Part shown: positions 23,046 to 33,906 of the stretch, one piece after another
How positions within the stretch are numbered: the stretch's first letter is position 1
Layout: the number at the start of each line of letters is the position of its first letter
Assembly (NCBI GenBank): GCA_977030845.1
Contig: OZ365109.1
Span: 16,864,001-16,928,000 of the forward strand
DNA length: 64,000 nt
Direction of reading: 5' to 3'
From: Fimbriosthenelais zetlandica
Lineage: Eukaryota
Made by a program: the position numbers and the translations under genes
The notes under the pieces: model-generated
What the model saw: only the letters and a program-made list of their open reading frames with translations
The model's database searches: none
What the model was told of the DNA's origin: nothing

Positions 23046-26000
23046 CTATGAGCTTTCCAATTTCTTCCAGTCTAAGTCACCTAATACCCATTGTTGGGAA
23101 GGACTTCCATTACATGGACCTGCAAAGAAACCATAGGATATTCATCTAACTAAATTAAAGAAAATATTTTTGATTTGATAATTTTTTTTTCATAACCAAT
23201 ACATTACCTTTTTCCAGGCAGTTGTATGCTCAATATTTAGGTTGTAGCAATAATATTCATACAGAGGATGAGACCAACAGGAATGAATAAAAATTATATT
23301 TCAATTGCTGAGGATTATTTGTAAGTCATATGATCTTACTATACAATAAGTGAATGGACGCCAGCAATGAATGTATCCCTCACTCTTGTTACAAGATATT
23401 TAATTACTTACCTATAGATGGTGTGTCCCTATCATTAGGACTTGGTCTATCGAGGCACTGGTTACTATTGACGTGACGCAATGTTAAAGACTGCAATACA
23501 AAATATTCATAGAGAACTAGATCAGAAACGACTGAGCAAAAGTATATGAAAAATGAAAATATTTTTTTTAAATATCCCCAATGTAGAGGACTTTTAATGA
23601 TGATATTTGTACTCAAAATCACGAACAAATTGAAATCAAATTTTCATGAATAATCAGGCTATTAATATTTGAATATTATGTGTATATTATTATATGTTAT
23701 TTATTTTATACGATTTATTGTCACTTTCTCTTTATAATTATGAGTTTATTTTTTTCTCAGTCAATAAAACAAAGATTAACATCATGTCCAAGCGAATCAG
23801 ATTGGATACATGATGCTAACACTATGAGCAACGCGAATAGTTAGGGAGCATGTTATTGGGGCATATTTTAGTTTCATATACAAAGCATGCAATCTACATA
23901 ACTACTGTTAGTACAAATATAAGAAAGTAACTTTCAAACACAAGTGCAAAACCTAATCCTGCAATGTTCTTGCCAGTCTAGGGGAGGCACAGGGGCAGAA
24001 ACAGAAAGGAAATCTTCTAGGAATATTATTCATCTCATCAAATGAACAGCATCTGAAGATGTTGGACACTTATCTCCTCTGCGGAAAATCCAAACATTAT
24101 TTTAACTGTTGGAAAAATGGAGATGATCTTGTGAAGATTTAGGAATCCATTAAAAATACTCCATACTTATTCATTTATCATTAAGATGTTAACTCTAAAA
24201 AATTATTTGTCAGTGTATCGAATAAACATTTATTAATCAATCAGAATTAGTTTGTTCATGAGGTCGAGCTTTAGTAACAACCAGAAAATCTCAAACTGAA
24301 AAATACCCCTAATTTGTCTCTAAAACAAATCTAACTAAATGAATCTAGAAAAATTATCTGCAGGAGTCTACGGGATCTATGTTAAATACTTACCACCAAC
24401 CACCTCATGTTAACTAGATGGATTATTTTTTGTCAATAAATCACCGTGATTAAGATTATGAACCACCCGAGTTGAGGGAGAGAGTCAATAGAGTGAGTTT
24501 GGTCCGTTACCTTGGTATTATAATCCCACTTTTGGTTGCCACCTAGCCCGTGGCACCTGTAAAACTTGACGGGCCCGCTGCGGCTGGAGACGTCTAAACA
24601 CATATCGTCCGTCATGATTTCTTGCTTCTTCGTGTATGAAAACACCTAAGGGGGCAGGCAAATAACACTGCAACTTACTTTTTTCTAAAGAAATGATAAA
24701 ACAATTGCTAGCCCATAAAAAGCGCAGCCCTGACTGGTAGTTCCTTGCTTGGCGGTCCATTTTGCTGAAAAGTAATAGGGTTACAATACTCTAGGAGGGA
24801 ACAAGGAGCAGAAGCTTCTACCTAGGACATGCAGGGGGCGAGGAACAGTCACATCTTCAACACTTAAACAATGGCTGAGCAGTAATATTTTCGGTAGCGA
24901 GCTCCCATAAAAGATCATTTCTGCTCTCAGACAGACATTACTTCCACATTTTTAATTCCTTTAATCATTCATTTTTATTCCTTTAATTCATTTAAATTCC
25001 TTACATGATTTACCTTTCTAATGCCAGACAGATGCAAATCCAAAAACAGCTCATGAGAATCACTGGTTTTGATTTAAGAGCTTTCGCAATGTTACTGCTG
25101 AACATATGATTAAGTTTGAACGTTGGGAAGGAATAGGAGGAGGAGGAGGATGAGAGTAGTAGGGGTAGAGTAGAGAGTGGGCCTGCAGTCCGTTACCTGT
25201 TTATCATACTCCCAGAGCTGGTTACCACCCAGGCCATGACACTGGTATAATTTGACTGGACCACCAATGGCTGATACGTCCAAACAGAGATCGTCCGTTT
25301 GGAATGCTTTCTTCTTCGTGTAGGAGAAAATCTGTCAAGAGCCGAGCAAGGGAAGCAGGTTACGGAAGTCTGCAACACATACTTCACCATGGGATGGCAA
25401 TAGCACCGGCAAAAATTTTGACTTTGGTTGCTAATTTTCGAATTAACCAAAATATTTTAGAAACGAAAAAAAAATGAACATACTAAAAGTCATGAAAAGG
25501 TAATCCCAAAATATGAATAATGAATATGAAAAATAAAATTTTGATCCGAGTTAAAATAAAATTCCATTTACCAGGTAGATATTTATTCTTTAGTGAAGGA
25601 TAATTTGTATTTGCATTTTGCCACCCAATAGCGAGGATCGAGTGCACAACAAAGCTCAGCGGTGCCACCTATCACCAGTTTTGCAAACCAGACAAGAATG
25701 AACGTGGAAAATACTTATATTTTTGACAAATATGGGGATGTGGAAAAAAGCAATGAGAAATTTTCCTCGCCTGGATCAAATTGGTGACAATCACAATTAT
25801 TATGTTTTATCGTCAATAGGAAAAATAGGGCTTTAGGTGCACCTTAAACTAATAAAGGTATATGAGCATTAACACACTTAATGTTATGTTAGTTGTCTAT
25901 ATTTAAGTACTATTAGCCGGTGTAATGTAATGATCTTTACTATATATAAAGGAAACATGACTAACAGAGGTAGAAGATAAACCAAGCAGAAAGCTTCAAA

Positions 26001-29000
26001 CTATATGAATCTACATGTTTGGGATGAGGATCAAGAAGGGAAATTTCCTTAAAACCGAAGCACACCAAAGGGAGTATAAACTAAAATTTGTGAGACATGG
26101 TCATTTTTGTATATTAGTGGAAGAATATACATTTTTCAGTATCTATCCACATACCTGAAATATATATAATAGGGGAATCAATATGAATGTGATTGCAATG
26201 TAAATGACACTGCAGGAAGACCTCAATCGCAAAAAAAAAAATGAAAAATTAAAATGATTTTCCATTTCTTATCATTTAAATAAGAAAGGGAATAAAATGA
26301 AGAGATGCTAATGGATACCACAGCTTGGACATAGACAATTTGACAAATACATTATTTCACATTGAGCATAAATTCCCAGTGGCTTTTCTCTAAAACATCT
26401 TACGAAACATAATTCATTTAATTCTACTATTAATGAGTCTACTGGTCATTATAATTATGCCTAGTATTACTAGGGACTCTGATATGACAAATATTAGAGG
26501 GACCAAAAATACTAAAACAATGACGAGAAAAAATGTCAACTTAGGGACTAAATACGACTTTTTCTCAAGAATATTAAGGGTAAAGAAATTTCAAAATATC
26601 AGCGACTGGTTTTCAGAATTATACACAAAAACAGATACATGTAAATCATATAAATATTAAACAAAACAAAACATTAGCCACACAGGATCCAGAGATCCCA
26701 TCTTCGTACATGTACATGTCTACCCTATTACTCCCTGTATTAAAGTGGTCAAAATGATGATCAATAGACACAGATCCCAGTTTGAGATCCTTTCTAGAGA
26801 CTATCACTTTAAAAACAAGATGCAATAGTTAGTGTTTATACAATACATGTACATGTATTACTATATAGACTTATAATGCAATATAATATAGAGTACAGGA
26901 CTTACCTGATTGCCCCCCATCCCGTGGCACATGACCATGCCTACTTTCTCTCCCTGTTTCCTACCCATACTGTCTAAACATAACGAGGATTCTTTATTGC
27001 GAATCTGAAACGTAAGGAAAATAGACTCATCTTCAAATGGAAGTCAAAGTAACACATGAGTGCATTTGACATCACAAATCGCCACCCATTCCCTGGAAAT
27101 ACGGGAGAAGACATTGCGAGGGAAAAAGAGACAAAATCGGTTTCTATTACAGTTCACATACCCCTCTGCCATTCCAAGCAGTATCAAACAGCCTTTCCCA
27201 AATGAATCAGACTCTAAATAGCAAACCTTTGACTTCCTTACACAGGGCAGCACGGACCGTGTACAAACCATTGATTTCTGCCTGAGGAGTTGTGGCCCCC
27301 TCAGGACAAACTCATTGATTTTGTTTAGGAGGGAGCCAATTGCTGGGCATTGAAGTGAAGACCAAAATCTGGTACCTCACTTCACTTCAGTGTGACCAAC
27401 TCTGGTATTCTTCACTCAATAGGCAGGGCATGGTAAGGAACCAACTAGCCACTGAGGAGCTCCTTATAAGGGCATCCAGCCAGAAAAGCACACAGTGGCA
27501 GTTCCCTGAGGGTAAAGTGTATATATAGGACAATGAATGGTCCCCAGATGCTGGAAGTGTTGCTTCCAACGGGCGGTATATCACAGCCTCTCAAGGGGAG
27601 GTACGTAAGGGGTGGGATCGCGGGGGAGGGGGAGGGGGCTTAGGGGTAGAGCAATGAGGGGGTGGACACTGGAGGTAATTGATGTAACCACAGTGACAGC
27701 AGGAGGTGTGGTTCTGGATGGGACAGGTAGGTGGAGCGAGGCGTCTTGTGTGCTTGACAAGTCTATAGAGGCTACATGGCCTGAATACCTCAATGTACTC
27801 TCCACCTAAATGTGCATTATATATTATAGACATTACTATATGGTATACCTCGTAACTCCTACGGACAGAGCCCATTGTGCCACTACTTATAAGAAAAACA
27901 TACACAGAAAGCCATTCTCATCATTATATCCGAATCTCAATTCCTAAAACATGCTGTCGGATAATAAGATTGTAGCAACGAGTATAGAAAGAATACTCGT
28001 TGATTGTAGACAAGAAACGTAACTGATATTTATTGCACTGTAGGAATTTTTTTTATCAAGATGACTAATTTTCAAAATATAGAAAATTTCCTTATTATCT
28101 CAATAGGAACAAAGTAGAAGGCAATCACCTTCCTTTATATTGTAATTGGTATAAAATGGCATGTAAATATCATCTCACCTCTCCTAGAGAGTAGTAATCT
28201 AATGGCATTTGTGACTCTGGATATATGTTCTCCAGATACCATCGGAAACTCTTGCATTTTAACCGCTCGCGTAATGTCCTCCGTTCACCTACATCTCCGA
28301 AGTCTGTTTGCCGGACTCCTAATAAGGCAAAAATAGGGGGATTTAAAACTGGTGCATAATCTTGAAAGTAATATAATATGACATAATGAATAGAATGTAT
28401 TATTTTAATGAATAATGTTTTAAGATGACGATTTACAATTACCGTTGCAACCATATTTATATAATACATACATGCAAAAATTGCATATCATGGATGACGT
28501 CGTAAATAGTTCCTTCTATAAATTTAATTTATTAACTAATGTTCCGGGATATTGGAATTTTCCACATAATAAGATGATAAGGAAATACATCCAAAATGTA
28601 TGAGTTTAGATATAAATACACAAATGTAAGTTTGAATGGCATGTAGTCAGCTCGAGTCATAAATATTAAAATCCTATTTTAAAATTTTAAATGTGTTCTA
28701 GACTAATGTAAACCAAAAAAAGACCTGCCAAAACATAATGGTGAATGTTCTCGGTCTCTTTGCTTTAGAACCTCCGAATGAAAATGAAGGGACTAAGAAA
28801 GACGTGTTGATACTAGGAGCATATATGTAAGGCCCAGAGCTAATGGTATTTGGTTACTCTGTGCAAAGTTTTCACTTTGCATTTCGACTATAAGCCATTA
28901 CTCAAACTTTGTCAGTGAGAAAAACTGCAACCAAAAGAGCAAGCAAAATGTCAAGAACAAAACAAGGGATAATTGACCGAACTAAATTAAACGTATTTAA

Positions 29001-32000
29001 CTTTCATTCGGGAGGAAGGATTAAAGAATAAAAGGTGAACATGCATATATCTAATTTTGCAACAACATTTAGTGTGGAATTTACAAGATTTAAAGCGCGA
29101 GTCATTCATTTCTCATCCCAGGTGCTTTTGTTCTTGTTAGGTCTGTCATTAGTGGTTCGCTTTATTAAAGCATTAAAATCCCAAGCAATGTTAGCAAATG
29201 TTTCAGTTCTACACAGTATTTGACTCAATATATAAATTTTGTCCAATGAACCTCCAGTTCACATAACATATTAGGTGTTATTTAACTATTCAAATTCCAT
29301 ATCCAAAAGTTCTTCTCTCAATATGAATATATTTTGCTAAGCAATTCAAATGAAACGCCAAATGAAAGTTGTTTTCCTTTCCAACTGATACTGATATTGG
29401 GATTATTTTCTAAAGCAGGGGGGAAACTTGTGAACTAGAGGTGCTGCATACATTGGGGAAATGGATTAGTAATAGTGCTAAAATGAGGAGAGAACTAAAA
29501 TTCAAAATGCACTTTTCTTTCTCTCTGAAATAAAGACCAGTGCAGTGAAGTGTATTAATATGCTTCCCTCGTGAGTCCAGACATTAGTAATGGAAAACTG
29601 CCAGACGACTTTTGTGTGTTACTTTCCCAGTTAGCTTTTCCTTAATTCAAATCCCCAAAACCGTGTCAGCCTTTACAATAATTCATCTACAGGTTCGGGA
29701 GTGAAAGACAAGAAAAATTCCGGCCGAGCTTCAACTCGCTGTCACTCTTTCTTTAGAATCTAACCTGGGCTGATTTTATAATAGAACTGTTTATGATCAT
29801 CCATCCAGACTTCGGCAATTCTCATGGTGTTTTTATTGAGGATCTTTAGGACCCCGCCTGGCCAACTATACGGGGAGACTTTCCTGAACACGTGGCCCAC
29901 CCGCGAGCAGGTGGCAATGAGAACCCGACCGCCACACATCCAAACCTGAAACCAGGTCATATCACCAGCGTTTCTTTAAATCATCAATGGTACGTTTGTA
30001 TAATTTTTAGACTTTGAATATCAATTTGTGTTTTTGGAAAGATCCTCTGCTAAGAACCTGCACCAATTTCAGATGGGAGATAAACAATAAATATAAAAGT
30101 CAACTTCAAATAACTGATCACGTCCATTTCCTATTGGAACTTTGGGGTCCAAGGAGAAATTTTCAGAAATGTAAATCAGAAAGGTCATGGTAAATTTTAA
30201 CGTTTTAATAGCCGTCTAACCAGTTTACTGACCAAGGATACTTGTTCTGTTAAAATACGTAAAATTAAAAAAAAAAAGAAGAAGAAAAGATTTTGTATTT
30301 TTTTGTACTATCGCTCTAAATATGAGAAATATATTTTCATCCTAGAGTTGGTGGACTAGTATCAAATGTTTGAAGTTGATTCATGGATGCAAAGATAGGG
30401 ATCACGATAACAACATCACAATATATGTATGAGCAGGGTGATATTGATTGGAAATGTCAATATTCCATGTGCCTGAAAGCTTTAAAATAACATTAGTTTT
30501 GGCCACAAAGCAAAGAAGCGCTTTCCATTGTCCACACTTGAATGCACTTCCAGTTGTAAACACTTCTTCTAAAATGACGTAGGGCCTATAATACATGATA
30601 CAGAAATTTTTTTTTGATTGAAAAGCAAAGTATGCACAATCTGTTTGAATTTGTTTGTATTGGTTAGACGTGTATGCTGTATAAGTATTTTTGTATGTGC
30701 GTGTATAATTTATTTGTCATACAAGTTTAATTTCTGAATTATATCCCTCATCTGCGCGAGACTATAATCAAGCATATATCAAATACTAAACATTTTTTAA
30801 TTAAATTAATTTCTGAACCGCATTATATTTCCTGCTGAATGGATCAATTCAACTACATGGCAGAACTTTGCAATTCAATCCAGAAATAATAGACATGCTT
30901 ATGGAAGTTGGAATAACCACACGAACATGCTATATATTCAAAATTCCATGCATGAGAAAGTAAAAAAAAACAGTCAGCACAAAAATGAACATAAACCAAA
31001 GAGATCTTATAAGAGTTAGATCATTATGATCCACCATGCCATGAAGGATGTACCTGGGTTTATTTTATAATAAAACTCTTTCCATTCGTCCATCCACACC
31101 TCGGCCAGTCTGGCGTTGTTGTGGTTTATGATTTTGCCTGTGCCGCCTGGGAAGGTGTACGGTGTGGCCTTTCTGAACACGTGACCCACATGGGAACAGG
31201 TGACGATGAGTAGCGTCCCTTGACACATCCAGATCTGATGACGGCAAAATGAGTGCAAAAAGGGCAACCAGGGGAAAGGGGAAGGGAAGGGTGGTGAGAG
31301 GGGAAGAAAAGGGGGCAGAGAGAGAGGGAGAGTGGGGAGGAAGAGGGAAGGAGAGAAAGAGAGGGAGAAGAGAGGGAAGAGAGAGGGACGAGAGAGAGAG
31401 AAGAGAGAGGGAAGAAAGAGAGGAGAGAGGGAAGAGAGACAGAGAGGGAAGAAAGAGAGAGAGAGAGGAGAGAGAGAAGAGAGAGGGAGGGGAGAGACAG
31501 AGGGAGTGAGAGGGAGATAGGAAGAGGGAGGCAGACAGAGAAAGGACCAATAAAATAATAAAAATCGAAGAAAGAAAGAATGTAAGAATGAATATTTAGG
31601 AATGGTAGAGTTAGAAATGGGCCAGAGGTATAATATAAGCGGGTGAGAGTATGTAGTCATGATTTAGAAAAAGGTAATACAATATTTTTTTTATCATGGA
31701 TGGGGATTGGGAGTATATTGCCGCCACCAGCGTAGAATGGTTTGTGCCCAGGATGAAGAGGGGGAGAGAAATTTGTTAGTAAGCTACAAATGGTGGATAA
31801 AGGTGAAAAGTTTTTAAGCATAAAAATCATAAGGTCCTCACAACCATCGAGCTCCAGCTGAAATCAAACCTTCAACAGATTCTGAGGAACAAAAAAATGA
31901 AACGATGCACGTTGATAAGACTAAAAATTTATCTCCAGTTTTTCTTGAATACAAGACACGCAAAGACTGTGAGGACCCTATATAGCAAGACATATATATA

Positions 32001-33859
32001 CGGCAAGTGAGCATTCTCTTGAAACAATATTTACCAAAAATATTTTAAAAACTGTTTGCAATGGTATTCTTCTGTGCTCATGCGAAGAATATAAAAAAGT
32101 TTCATGAATGTTTTTTTACAAAAAATTCTACAATATATAGCACAGTACATTTTCATACCAATTTAAATTACCAGGATATCCAACTTGTTACTACAAAATG
32201 TAGGTTATGGTGCTTAGTGTAAAGGTCCTTCATAATATTACAGATGTACAAATTGTGGTCAATTAATATCTGCCATAAAGAATTATCTCAAGACAAACAA
32301 CAATCACTTACCCTAAAAGACATTTCTAGATTTTCTCCTCCCCATATATCCATCCCGTGATCGTAGGATCCAATGTCATAAAAGTATTTTCGGTCAATGG
32401 CGAAGAGTCCACCGGCCATCGTTGGCGACCTACATCATGAAGATGCTGTCATTATAGCATTACATTTTCAGGACGAAACGAATATATATATCCAGTACCA
32501 GTATGTCCCTATTTCTATTGTTGAAATTATCTTCTATTTGTCAAATAACATCTGGAGGATCTATATATTTTTAAGACCTAAAATCCACATTTTTGGACAA
32601 TGAATAGTCGGCAAAATCGCCAGTTAAATCATCGGAAAAATCGTCAGCAGTATGACGTCAACAAATTTAAGACTATTTTAAGACCTTTTATCAACAACCA
32701 ATTTAAGACTTTTAAATGCCGCGCGGGAACCCTGTGGTCATACAGATTGCCAAAATGAAGGCCCTTGCAATGTCACGAGTGACAGAGCGTAGCGTAGCCA
32801 ACACCATTAAGTCTGACTGGAAATCTTTCCCTGTTCGAGACAAGACTTTCTTTCCATTATAAAACTGCCCATCACACAATATTTAAACGCTGGGCACACA
32901 TTAGAGTTGTTGCGTGTTAACATTACCTCAGTGGTAGACTCCGGTCTCCCCCACGTCTCTCCATCTCTCGTTGAGGCACAGGGTACCAGCGGAAGTTGAG
33001 CTTCCAATTAAAGCCACCCCATGTCATGTCCGAGCCCGTGATGTACTCGAACGTCTCATCACTAATGACATCTATGATGGGACAGACCACCGCCGTCCTG
33101 TGACATGGGAACAAGGCGTGTTATAATGGACATGTACGTGTCAGGCACACTAAAGGCCCATCTCCACTGCTGCTATTTTGCTTGCGATGCTATTGCGACA
33201 AAGGTGATGCTCGTGTCGCAATGAAAAACATTTCACTTGACAAGACTTATAAGTGACTTGAGGATGGCCGCAATATAAGTCTTGTCAAGTGAAATATAAA
33301 TTTTTAAAATTGTATTGCAAGCAAAATCACAGCAGTGGATATGGGCCTTAAACGGAGCAACCAGGGGGTGGGTGGGGAACTGCTCCTATACAAGAGCACT
33401 GTACAGCAAGCCTGGGACTCATAGTGCTCTGGCAATGCCGGAAATGTTAAAAATTGGAGAGCAATTTAGTTGTTCAATTTGAGCAGAGAATCTGCCATAC
33501 CAACTGCCAATTTTAGGGAACACTAGAAATTCCTGAAGGTGGACTTTCTTATCATTGGACTGGATTAAATCCTGTACTCCACTTCTGGGATTTTGCTTGC
33601 GACACTAACGTTACTGCGACAACAGTGATGTTTGCAATAATAATAAAATCTAAAAAGTCTAATTGAGATGACCAAGGCCTTGTGGCCATAGGCTACTCTT
33701 GAGAGGATTTTCTTTCATTGCGACACAATTATCACCTTTGTCGCAGTTGTGTCGCAAGCAAAATCGCAGCTGTTGAGAACAGGCTTAAGATTCAATATAA
33801 AGTTTTCAAGACAATTACCAGATAGATATTATGTGTATACGTAGATAGGAGGTATAGAG

Positions 33860-33906
<47 letters not shown>

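Noticed and set aside
27255-27305. GRNQWF-like reading suggesting an extra lectin alpha-exon copy
   Set aside because: In-frame TGA just upstream, no CLD or CH motif and no suitable splice sites.
31016-31660. Long ORFs of 214 and 161 aa on the minus strand and overlapping plus-strand ORFs
   Set aside because: Low-complexity translations of the GA/CT tract; only 31054-31234 is a real exon.
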